Positions 26,190-33,969 of a stretch of 64,000 nucleotides of DNA are shown here, in pieces. This DNA is from Patescibacteria group bacterium (GTDB taxonomy: Bacteria > Patescibacteriota > Patescibacteriia > Patescibacteriales > UBA12465): NCBI GenBank assembly GCA_041649315.1, contig JBAZNJ010000001.1, positions 69,869-133,868 of the forward strand. The letters run 5' to 3'. The notes beneath the pieces are model-generated. The model ran no database searches. It was given only the letters and a program-made list of their open reading frames with translations, and was not told the DNA's origin. Both the position numbers and the translations under genes were made by a program. How positions within the stretch are numbered: the first letter of the stretch is position 1; each line of letters opens with the position of its first letter.

Positions 26190-27149
26190 TTAGATCTTAG
26201 TTTTTTCCTTATTTATAGATTTCTTTATCTCAATCATTTCCTCGAACTCCTTCTTGCCCTTTGCGTAACAATACTGAAAAGACAACCCCGGGCGGATTAA
26301 ATTAAATCGTTGCACATCATTATCTTTAATTCTCTTTCTAATTACTTTTTTACCAGATACTGGCTCCACAAGTTCTATTAAGACTTTAGGGGATAAAGGA
26401 AAATAATGCTTTCTCTCTAAGAAGGTATAACCATAAATGTTTGGAAGCTCTGGCGATAACTCTATCACTGGCGTATCAGAGGTAATAAACTCTTTTTCGT
26501 CTACCGCTATATACACCCTCCAGTTTTTATTGAATATTACATTAGCAAATCCCTCTAAGTGCTCAATAAATAAAAGTTGCTCGACATTATTAAAACTTAA
26601 ATCATAGTTACCGGTTTGCATTAATTTAACATACCAATCAATATCTTCATCATCCATATCCAACCCTTCTTTTTTCTTGAGTTCTTTGGCTATTGTTTTT
26701 ATGTGATCTTTATATCCGTCCATGGATGCTCTAAATTTTTCCGTTTCTTTATAAAAATGGGAGCTTATTCTATTTATCTTTTCTCTAAAATGTTTACTCC
26801 GTATCCATAATGAACTCATAAATAAGGATACAAAATACATTTGTCGGCTATCTAACTGCTGATTGTTTAGTATACTTTTTTCTAACTTGTTAAGCGCGGG
26901 AGCCGCTTTATCTTCAATACCCTGAAAAATATCTTCAATTTTCTGGCTGGCCTCATCTTGTTTCCCAGTATCTACTGCATAAAAAAACTTCTCGTAGCAT
27001 ACGCCGCTATAAGGGCGTGCCGGGTTTAATTTAACATTTTTTATATCAAGAACCTCTATAAAGTTCTTTTCATTAGCAAATCTTTTTAGGTAAAAACGAG
27101 GGACCCAATGCTGATCTTCCACTATTATATTTTGGTTATTGTTTGCCAT
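26190..27149 (-). CDS. DUF4238 family protein
   Basis: The N-terminal QHWVPRFYLKRFA is the hallmark H-x-V/I-P-x-F-Y-L-x-x-F start of DUF4238. Its length (319 aa) is typical of the family. Confidence 0.65.
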   Translation of the reverse strand: MANNNQNIIVEDQHWVPRFYLKRFANEKNFIEVLDIKNVKLNPARPYSGVCYEKFFYAVDTGKQDEASQKIEDIFQGIEDKAAPALNKLEKSILNNQQLDSRQMYFVSLFMSSLWIRSKHFREKINRISSHFYKETEKFRASMDGYKDHIKTIAKELKKKEGLDMDDEDIDWYVKLMQTGNYDLSFNNVEQLLFIEHLEGFANVIFNKNWRVYIAVDEKEFITSDTPVIELSPELPNIYGYTFLERKHYFPLSPKVLIELVEPVSGKKVIRKRIKDNDVQRFNLIRPGLSFQYCYAKGKKEFEEMIEIKKSINKEKTKI

Positions 27150-27393
27150 ATAACTGATAGGGTGCGCTTATTTAAGAGACTATTTTAGCTTGCCCGCTGT
27201 TAAAATTATATGCCCCTTTTTCAACCATGTCTATGTATGAAATGAAAAATATGTGCCACGTCTTTTTCACCCTAAAAAATACGATTTTCATTAAAAAATG
27301 GCTAATTTAAAATAAAAAATCAAAAAAATAACAATTTTAAAAGATCCAAAATGCTATTATTGAGTTTTATGCACCTTTATGGTAGATTATAAG

Positions 27394-27552
27394 TGCGAAA
27401 CCACAATTGAATTTTCGAAAGACGTGCTTTAAGAGCATGGTCTCTTGTATACAGGAACGGGCACTCCGACCCATACAAGAGGCAGTCTTTCGGGACACCA
27501 ATTGTGGTTTCGCAACCAGGTCGGGTGTCCGTTTTTGTTTTCGGGCACTTTT
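27394..27552 (+). ncRNA. structured RNA of unknown class (riboswitch-like leader or stand-alone ncRNA)
   Basis: Nested pairings: P1 27395-27409/27499-27513 (15 bp, perfect); P1a 27416-27423/27485-27492 (8 bp); P2 27424-27428/27434-27438; P3 27440-27450/27473-27483 (11 bp). G.U pairs occur only in the plus-strand reading. Alternative hairpins follow at 27491-27498/27525-27531 and 27525-27531/27542-27548, the latter followed by TTTT. Confidence 0.55.
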
Positions 27553-27572
27553 ACAAATTAATAAATAAAAAT

Positions 27573-27971
27573 ATGAAAAAAATTGTCTTATTCGTGACAC
27601 CACTTATCCTATTGCCGGGTTCCTGCCTGGCTGCTGGCTCAAATTCGAATGAATACAACTGGGGCTTAATAATTGGATCTATTATTGTTGGGGGCATTTT
27701 TAGTTTAGCGATCTCTATTGGACAAGATAAAAATCAAAATGCCAAAGGAAACATGTGGTATAAGGAAATACACATGCCAAAAACAGCTAAATTTATAAAA
27801 ACCACTATTGCGATATTAGGATTTTACTTGCTCTATACTTTTATAGCCAACCTGCTATTTCCTGAGCAACGAAACGAAATCAGAATTTTATTAGTCGTCT
27901 TGGCAACCGTTTTAACGATCTATGCCCACAAAAAATTCTTTAATAAAAATGGACAACAAAATAAAACTTAA
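27573..27971 (+). CDS. small membrane/secreted protein, hypothetical
   Basis: ORF 27504..27971. The likely start is ATG at 27573 (MKKIVLFVTPLILLPGSCLAAGS), a signal peptide with a possible lipobox, followed by 3 TM helices. Confidence 0.5.
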   Translation: MKKIVLFVTPLILLPGSCLAAGSNSNEYNWGLIIGSIIVGGIFSLAISIGQDKNQNAKGNMWYKEIHMPKTAKFIKTTIAILGFYLLYTFIANLLFPEQRNEIRILLVVLATVLTIYAHKKFFNKNGQQNKT

Positions 27972-28527
27972 TTACATAAAATGCCCTAACTGCCAGAATA
28001 TTCTTGATCTATCTTTTGTTAAGAGCGTTTGTCCTAATCCGCTCTGTGGCTTCAATTTCAACGATTTAGAGGCCTTATTAGATCAAGACGAGGGAAAGCT
28101 ACGTCAGGCCCTTATAAACGCTACTAAGAGCAAAGATGTCCATGGGATAAAGCTCCTTGCCACGGCCGTTAAATTTAATATGCCTGGCTACTTGACACAT
28201 TTTATTGAATGCAGTTGGGGTGCCCATTATCAAACGCTTTTTAAAGATTTCATTACTCTTTATCTTGACGATCTCAACGTCTTGAAAATGATATTGTCAT
28301 CCGACGTTATCTGTCCCGCAAAAAATAATGTGGTGACCTCGAAAAATGGATATAAAATCTTTCTCGGGTTATACCAATACCTGATGAAAGTTCATAGTCC
28401 TGATATTAGAAATTTTCTAAGGCTTGAATTTCCGGGGTTTTACAGAAAATGGTATAAGGAAATACTTGCCAAGAACCACCGACCAAAAACTACTGATAAA
28501 AACATCAACCAAACCGCGCTCATCTAA
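27949..28527 (+). CDS. hypothetical protein with N-terminal zinc-ribbon
   Basis: ORF 27922..28527. The likely start is MDNKIKLNYIKCPNCQNILDLSFVKSVCPNPLCGF, which carries CxxC...CxxxxC. Confidence 0.45.
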   Translation: MDNKIKLNYIKCPNCQNILDLSFVKSVCPNPLCGFNFNDLEALLDQDEGKLRQALINATKSKDVHGIKLLATAVKFNMPGYLTHFIECSWGAHYQTLFKDFITLYLDDLNVLKMILSSDVICPAKNNVVTSKNGYKIFLGLYQYLMKVHSPDIRNFLRLEFPGFYRKWYKEILAKNHRPKTTDKNINQTALI

Positions 28528-28551
28528 ACTCCCCGAAGCGGGGAGTTTTTT
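28528..28551 (+). terminator. rho-independent terminator
   Basis: The 8-bp stem actccccg (28528-28535) pairs with cggggagt (28539-28546), followed by TTTTT. Confidence 0.7.
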
Positions 28552-28593
28552 ATTGCTAATCACGGAAAAAGTGATAAAATACATAGTAATACT

Positions 28594-29238
28594 ATGAAAA
28601 ATTCTTTCGGACAAAAAATATTAAATAATCTGCTAACTATGTTAGCGGATGAAAAATTCAGAGAAGAAGTCATATCTATAAGAAAAAAGTTTCAAATACC
28701 AGAAACCGGCATTGATGATAGTTATAAAGAACGACATGGCCGTCATGCGTTTCTGAGTTGTGCCGAAAATTTAGAAAAACTTAGGGTTAAATATAAATTA
28801 AATGAGCATTACGGCATCTTTCTAATGTATATTGTAATATTCGGCAAGAGGCCAAATAAAAGCATTCTTAACGATACATCACCATTCGAACTTATGCATT
28901 ATCAAGAAAAAAGCGGCCTAAATTGCGCCGCTATTAAAATATACCAGGAAACTACGATCAAAGATATACAAAATAATTGGGATATCATAAAGAAATTTAG
29001 CGAAGAAACATACGAACGCGAAGTAAAAGCCAAACAAAGGCCCATTAACAATGCTGAGAGGGACTTTTATATTAGAAAGTTAAAAAACTGGGGTTTTAAA
29101 AATCGACAGACATCACAGATTATAAATAATATTTTTCCACAAGAGGGAGTAATCTCATATACAGATATTCCAAAAATAACAGAAAGAAACAAAAGAAAGG
29201 CGGCTAAGCTATTACAAAATACCAATAAAACCAAGTAA
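28594..29238 (+). CDS. hypothetical protein
   Basis: A 214-aa ORF with no motif I recognise and a basic C-terminus. Confidence 0.45.
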   Translation: MKNSFGQKILNNLLTMLADEKFREEVISIRKKFQIPETGIDDSYKERHGRHAFLSCAENLEKLRVKYKLNEHYGIFLMYIVIFGKRPNKSILNDTSPFELMHYQEKSGLNCAAIKIYQETTIKDIQNNWDIIKKFSEETYEREVKAKQRPINNAERDFYIRKLKNWGFKNRQTSQIINNIFPQEGVISYTDIPKITERNKRKAAKLLQNTNKTK

Positions 29239-29261
29239 AATTTGCTCTTCTATATCGATAC

Positions 29262-29291
29262 CGCTGGGAGGATGTCCGCCCAGCGTTTTTT
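29262..29291 (+). terminator. rho-independent terminator
   Basis: The stem cgctggg (29262-29268) pairs with cccagcg (29279-29285), followed by TTTTTT. Confidence 0.7.
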
Positions 29292-29509
29292 ATTTATATA
29301 ATGGAGTTATCGTGCCCCAGCCCTACATCCGGGCAGCCGGAGCGATCCAAAATAATTTGCGGCGGAAGGATGTTTAAAAACGGATCCTCACACCTCAAGC
29401 AGATAGTTATCAACCTAACAAGGCAAAAGGCAAGAATAATAAATGATAACTGCTTAGGGGGAGAAATGGCTTAACCCATGGGGGTTTGGTAATACAATAG
29501 AATAACAAT

Positions 29510-29671
29510 ATGAGAAATCTACATTATAAATTATTTAGTTATCGACTAAACCCAAAAACTGTAAAACAACTCAAAAAAATAAAAAAAGAAAAAGGATTAA
29601 CCTATAATCTACTATTTGTTGATCTTTTAAAAAATTATAAAAAACACAAACCCAAAAAACCAAAATCTTAA
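29510..29671 (+). CDS. 53-aa basic protein, possibly ribbon-helix-helix-type regulator
   Basis: Hand translation gives MRNLHYKLFSYRLNPKTVKQLKKIKKEKGLTYNLLFVDLLKNYKKHKPKKPKS. It is below the ORF-track cutoff and sits upstream of xis-int. Confidence 0.35.
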   Translation: MRNLHYKLFSYRLNPKTVKQLKKIKKEKGLTYNLLFVDLLKNYKKHKPKKPKS

Positions 29672-29748
29672 AAAATAACCCGGTTTATGATAGGATTATA
29701 TAGTCCAATAGCCAACCGGCTATCCCTATATAGTCCTTTAAAAAATAA

Positions 29749-29949
29749 ATGTTTGGCTCAGCGTCCGACAAGTTAATAACCCCTGACGAGTTAGCAGATT
29801 TCCTAAGGATCTCCCGGGCTTCGGTCTACCGCTTGGTGGACGGCCGGAAACTTTCTTTTTGCAAAGTGGGAGGATCGTTAAGGTTTAGAGCGGAAGATAT
29901 AGATAGATACTTAAAAGCGGTCTGCGTTGAGCCGATAAATAAATTATGA
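29749..29949 (+). CDS. xis: excisionase-family helix-turn-helix DNA-binding protein
   Basis: LITPDELADFLRISRASVYRLVDGRKLSFCKVGGSLRFRAEDIDRYL is the classic excisionase/MerR-like HTH. Its stop overlaps the integrase start (ATGA). Confidence 0.8.
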   Translation: MFGSASDKLITPDELADFLRISRASVYRLVDGRKLSFCKVGGSLRFRAEDIDRYLKAVCVEPINKL

Positions 29950-31064
29950 GCGTAAATAAGCGCGGCAAAAAATATTGGATCGATTTCCGCTTTAACCGGC
30001 AAAGATATCGGCATCCCAGCCCGGACAATAGTTTGGCCGGAGCTAAGGCGTATGAGGCCTTGCTGAGGCAAAAACTGGCTCGTGGCGAGCCAATAACCGA
30101 AGAAAAAGCCAAAATAACGACCTTCGCGGAATTCAGCCGAAAATGGTTTGATGTCTATGTTAAAAATAACAATAAACCATCCGAGATCGCCAATAAGGAA
30201 AGCGCCTTGCGGATCCACCTAATTCCCTTCTTTGATAAAAAAGAAATAGATAAAATATCCAACCTGGATATTGAAAACTACAAGGCTAAAGAAATTTCTA
30301 CCGGATTATCAAATAAAAGCATCAACAATATACTGATAATCCTAAATAAATGCTTAGGCACGGCCGAGGAATGGGGAGAAATAGACAAAAAACCGAAAGT
30401 GAAACTCCTAAAAGTCCAGCCGCAAAAATTTGACTTCCTAACCGGCGAAGAGGCCGAGGCGCTTCTGAAAAATTCTGATGGCTGGCTACACGAGATGATC
30501 TTGATTGCTCTAAAGACCGGCCTAAGGTTTGGCGAGCTGATCGCTCTGGACTGGGACGACCTTGATTTCACTGCGAAAAATATAATTGTCCGACGCGGCG
30601 TAGCTAATGGCATATTAGGAAGCACTAAAAGCAATAAAATAAGGACGATCCCAATGGCCGGCGAAATTATCGAACTAATGATGAAAAGATACCAATCAAA
30701 AGGATTAGTCTTTCCGCCCAGCCATGACAGCTACCTAACTCACAATCTTTGTCATAAGGAGCTTAAAAGAGCTTGCCGGCGCGCCGGGCTAAGAGAAATC
30801 GGCTGGCATACTCTAAGGCATAGCTTCGCCTCCCATTTAGCGCAGAACGGCGTCTCTCTGAAAGTTATTCAAGAACTGCTCGGCCATTCCAACATCGTTA
30901 CTACAATGCGCTACTCCCACTTAACCGCCGCTTCCCTGATCGAGGCCATTAAAACTCTGGATGGGAGTAAAAATGGCCGAACCATAGAACTTGGCCACAA
31001 TATGGCCACAATCCCGACTGAACAGGTAAAAATTCCTGCTATTTCCAGCATCAATTTATCATAA
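29946..31064 (+). CDS. int: tyrosine recombinase / phage-type integrase
   Basis: The C-terminal catalytic region reads GLRFGELIALDWDDL ... HTLRHSFASHLAQNGVSLKVIQELLGHSNIVTTMRYSH, giving the R..HxxR..Y residues. It lies adjacent to the tRNA. Confidence 0.9.
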   Translation: MSVNKRGKKYWIDFRFNRQRYRHPSPDNSLAGAKAYEALLRQKLARGEPITEEKAKITTFAEFSRKWFDVYVKNNNKPSEIANKESALRIHLIPFFDKKEIDKISNLDIENYKAKEISTGLSNKSINNILIILNKCLGTAEEWGEIDKKPKVKLLKVQPQKFDFLTGEEAEALLKNSDGWLHEMILIALKTGLRFGELIALDWDDLDFTAKNIIVRRGVANGILGSTKSNKIRTIPMAGEIIELMMKRYQSKGLVFPPSHDSYLTHNLCHKELKRACRRAGLREIGWHTLRHSFASHLAQNGVSLKVIQELLGHSNIVTTMRYSHLTAASLIEAIKTLDGSKNGRTIELGHNMATIPTEQVKIPAISSINLS

Positions 31065-31116
31065 TTTTCTTTTATTTTAAACAAAAAATCGCCTATCAGA
31101 CGATTTTTCCAAACTG

Positions 31117-31189
31117 AGCCGTTGACCGGGATTGAACCGGTGACCTTCTCCTTACCATGGAGATGCTCTACCAGCTGAGCTACAACGGC
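31117..31189 (-). tRNA. tRNA-Thr (anticodon GGU), integration target
   Basis: The reverse complement reads GCCGTTG TA GCTCAGCTGGTAGAGC A TCTCC-ATGGTAA-GGAGA AGGTC ACCGGTTCAATCCCGGT CAACGGC-T. Confidence 0.9.
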
Positions 31190-32001
31190 GCAACTTCTAA
31201 ATTTTCAACCTCCTCCTCCCTTTCCCCGAGCTTCTGATTTTCCGGGTTTACTTCCCGTAATTTTTCTAAACATTCTCTCGCCAACGCTTTATCTTTTCTT
31301 ATTATACTTAAATCCAAAATTAAATCAAGATAACGGGGATTGTTCGGTTCAAAATCTAAAGCGGTCCGGATATTTTCTAAAGCCGCCTCGTCTTCCCCCG
31401 CGTCTTTTTCTACATTAGCCAAACAAAAAAGTATTTCCTGTGGCGTAATTTCTTCAACTTCTTCTCCGTCTTTTATTTTCTGGCGGGCCAATTTCAAGGA
31501 ATATTCATAGGTCTGGCGCGCTTCCGACCATTTCTTCCGGGTCTCATAAAGCTCGCCGAGCGCAAAAAAAGCCGGTAAATTCTTTTGATCCAAGCTTATC
31601 GCTTCCACTAATTTTTCTTCGGCCTGGTTAAAATCTTCTTTTTCCATTAGCTCGGCGGCGGCAGCCAAAAGCTCCTCAATTTTTTCCCGGCGCTTCGGCC
31701 AGGCCCAGCCACTAGATAATTTATGCGCGGTCTTGGCTTTCTTAAGGCGCCCATACCAAATCCCAAGCAAATTACTCAAGCGCCGACGCAAAAATAACCA
31801 AACGCGGCCAAAAAAACCGCTCCAACGCGCCACATCGCGTTCTACCCGCTGTTTAATAATCTGCTCTTTAAATTTAGCTTCTTTCTCGCCGGGAATATTG
31901 TTAACATCCAAAATCGCCAGAATCGGAAATTTCCGGATTATAATAAACAGGGCAACGACCAAGGCCAGCCCGATAAAAATAAGAGAAATTATAGTCGACA
32001 T
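31180..32001 (-). CDS. N-terminally anchored TPR-repeat protein
   Basis: One TM helix followed by TPR-like helices (AFFALGELYETRKKWSEARQTYEYSLKLA; ALENIRTALDFEPNNPRYL). The last 10 nt overlap the 5' end of tRNA-Thr. Confidence 0.6.
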   Translation of the reverse strand: MSTIISLIFIGLALVVALFIIIRKFPILAILDVNNIPGEKEAKFKEQIIKQRVERDVARWSGFFGRVWLFLRRRLSNLLGIWYGRLKKAKTAHKLSSGWAWPKRREKIEELLAAAAELMEKEDFNQAEEKLVEAISLDQKNLPAFFALGELYETRKKWSEARQTYEYSLKLARQKIKDGEEVEEITPQEILFCLANVEKDAGEDEAALENIRTALDFEPNNPRYLDLILDLSIIRKDKALARECLEKLREVNPENQKLGEREEEVENLEVAPL

Positions 32002-32720
32002 ATTTTAGAGAATTCTTCTGCTTTTAAGCTCGCCCCGCCGACCAGGAGCCCATCGACATTCGGCTGGCCGAGAAAATTCGCGGCATTAGACGCGTCCACG
32101 CTTCCGCCATAAAGGACCGGAATATTTTTTTTAAGAATCACGGCCGTCCGGCGCTTAATAAATTTATTAATATCTTCCGCCTCGGTCGGAACTATCGGCA
32201 CGCCGGTACCGATCGCCCATAACGGCTCATAAGCAATAATTAAATCGCTCGCTTTCTTTATCTTTACGCCTTTTAGGGCGCGACTAAGCTCGCCGCTTAA
32301 ATATTTCTTAGCTAAGCCCGCTTTTTTCTCGGCTAATTTTTCGCCAACGCAAAGAACCGGAATCAGGCCGGCACCGAGAGCTGTCTTAATCTTAGCGTTG
32401 ATAATTGCGGAATTTTCATGCAAACCAGAACGGCGTTCGCTATGCCCTAAAATAACATATTTGACGCCGAGCGTTTTTAGATTAAACGCCGAGACCTCGC
32501 CGGTATAGGCACCCTTAAGCGCCGCAGCACTATCTTGCGCGCCCAAGATTAAAGGGCTTGATTTTAAAATCGGTCCGACAAAAGGCAAAGCTAAATAATC
32601 CGGGCAAACAAGAACTTGATTCTTGGTCTTAGTAATCTTTCGAGCTAGGGCCTTCGCTAAAACTAAGGACTCTTTAAGATTAAGCTGCATTTTCCAATTG
32701 GCGATAATAATTTTTTGCAT
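31989..32720 (-). CDS. tpiA: triosephosphate isomerase
   Basis: Motifs ANWKM, GHSERR, AYEPLWAIGTG, YGGSV and GGASL. Confidence 0.92.
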   Translation of the reverse strand: MQKIIIANWKMQLNLKESLVLAKALARKITKTKNQVLVCPDYLALPFVGPILKSSPLILGAQDSAAALKGAYTGEVSAFNLKTLGVKYVILGHSERRSGLHENSAIINAKIKTALGAGLIPVLCVGEKLAEKKAGLAKKYLSGELSRALKGVKIKKASDLIIAYEPLWAIGTGVPIVPTEAEDINKFIKRRTAVILKKNIPVLYGGSVDASNAANFLGQPNVDGLLVGGASLKAEEFSKICRL

Positions 32721-32728
32721 AAATAGAG

Positions 32729-33658
32729 TTATTTTTTAACCTGAGCCCGGGACCATTCAAGCGTCCGCCTAATTCCTTCCTTAAAATCCATCTCCGGCTC
32801 CCAATCTAAAACTTCTTTGGCTCGACGAACACTTAAACAGCTCCGCCGTTGTTCCCCTAATTTGGCCGGCGCCTCCTTTATTTTTAAAGGCGCGCCCAAA
32901 ACATCCCCAATCTCTTTCCTAATTCCTAAGACGCTGATTTCCCGACCGGAAGCGATATTGATTTCACCGCGGCAGTCAATCTCTTTGGCGGCCACTAGCG
33001 CTCGAACTACATCGCCGACATAAACAAAATCGCGGGTCTGCTCGCCGTCGCCAAACTGCGTGCTAGTAAGCCCATGAACCGCATCATCAACAAAAATAGA
33101 AACCACGCCGGCTTCTCCGCCCTTAAACTGGCGCGGCCCATAGACATTAGCAAAACGCAAAATCGTATAATTTAAACCATAAACCTGGAAATAACAATTA
33201 AGATATTTTTCAAACGCTAATTTATGGATGCCGTAAAAAGAAAGCGGATAGACCGGCGCCGTTTCCGGGGTCGGAATTTCCTCGGCGTCGCCGTAAACCG
33301 CGCCGCCGGTCGAGGAAAAAATTATTTTCTTAACTTTATTCAGCCGGCAATTCTCTAAAACATTAAAACCGCCTCTTAAATTTATCTCATTATCAAAACG
33401 TGGATTATCCATTGATTTTCGGACATCCATTTGCGCCGCCAAGTGATAAACGATATCAAATTTTTCCCGGCGAAAAATTCGCGCCAGGCGCGGCGAACAA
33501 ATACTTACTTTATAAAAGCGCGCGGCCGGGTTTAAATATTCTTTTTTCCCGGAAGATAAGTCGTCAATCACGACAACTTCTTCCTCGGCGGCAACCAAGG
33601 CGTCAACTAGCGTCGAACCGATGAAACCGGCGCCGCCGGTGACTAAAATTTTAGACAT
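32729..33658 (-). CDS. NAD-dependent epimerase/dehydratase (GalE-like)
   Basis: ILVTGGAGFIGS Rossmann motif and YGIHK catalytic YxxxK. Confidence 0.8.
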   Translation of the reverse strand: MSKILVTGGAGFIGSTLVDALVAAEEEVVVIDDLSSGKKEYLNPAARFYKVSICSPRLARIFRREKFDIVYHLAAQMDVRKSMDNPRFDNEINLRGGFNVLENCRLNKVKKIIFSSTGGAVYGDAEEIPTPETAPVYPLSFYGIHKLAFEKYLNCYFQVYGLNYTILRFANVYGPRQFKGGEAGVVSIFVDDAVHGLTSTQFGDGEQTRDFVYVGDVVRALVAAKEIDCRGEINIASGREISVLGIRKEIGDVLGAPLKIKEAPAKLGEQRRSCLSVRRAKEVLDWEPEMDFKEGIRRTLEWSRAQVKK

Positions 33659-33969
33659 AAATTTTTACAGGCGCTAAATATATTCTTATCATATTACCAT
33701 AATAACACTATTTTTCTTTTTAAAAAAGCGATTTGCCAAGTCCGTCTTTTTTTGCTAAAATAATAATGGATAACAGCTTTAAAATTTAGCTAAAATGCCC
33801 TAAATCCGCCCCCTATTTCATTCCCGAAAAAAGCGGAAAATAAGGGAATTTTTTGTTTTATAAACAAGCGAATGAGTGAAAAAAAATTAATTTTTTTTCC
33901 GAATGAGCGCAGTTTAAATCAAAGCCCGTATCCAGAACTAATAAAACTAATTAAAGTGCTCTAATCGAT

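Larger units (their letters stand above)
21489..31139. mobile_element. ~9.65 kb tRNA-Thr-integrated genomic island (RHH-like/xis/int module, AT-rich cargo)
   Basis: A 24-bp direct repeat of the tRNA 3' end marks both ends. A tyrosine integrase and an excisionase-family HTH lie next to the intact tRNA. The cargo is visibly more AT-rich than the flanking sequence (not computed). Confidence 0.8.

Noticed and set aside
27150-27366. 38-codon minus-strand ORF (MKIVFFRVKKTWHIFF...) just upstream of the DUF4238 gene
   Set aside because: It is short, has no motif, and lies in very AT-rich spacer where such ORFs arise by chance. It could be a leader peptide, but there is no supporting evidence.
27394-27514. 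Possibility that the structured RNA is a hammerhead/twister-type ribozyme, a retron msr-msd or a MITE
   Set aside because: There is no CUGAUGA core or other ribozyme signature that I can see. No reverse transcriptase gene lies nearby. The two independent internal hairpins argue against a simple terminal-inverted-repeat element. The class therefore remains unknown.
27367-27603. 78-aa minus-strand ORF overlapping the structured region
   Set aside because: The region is better explained by nested RNA helices whose G.U pairs favour the plus strand. The translation is basic and low-complexity with no motif.
29301-29474. 57-codon plus-strand ORF (MELSCPSPTSGQPERSK...) in a locally GC-richer patch upstream of the RHH-like ORF
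   Set aside because: It has no motif, odd composition and no SD or promoter evidence. It may be a remnant or non-coding. An 8-bp inverted repeat (agttatca/tgataact) inside it is too weak to call an RNA.
33659-33969. 310-nt AT-rich gap upstream of gyrB as a possible replication origin
   Set aside because: There is only one DnaA-box-like 7/9 match (TTATCCAtt, on the minus strand of gctgttatccatt) and no dnaA or dnaN nearby. The evidence is insufficient.
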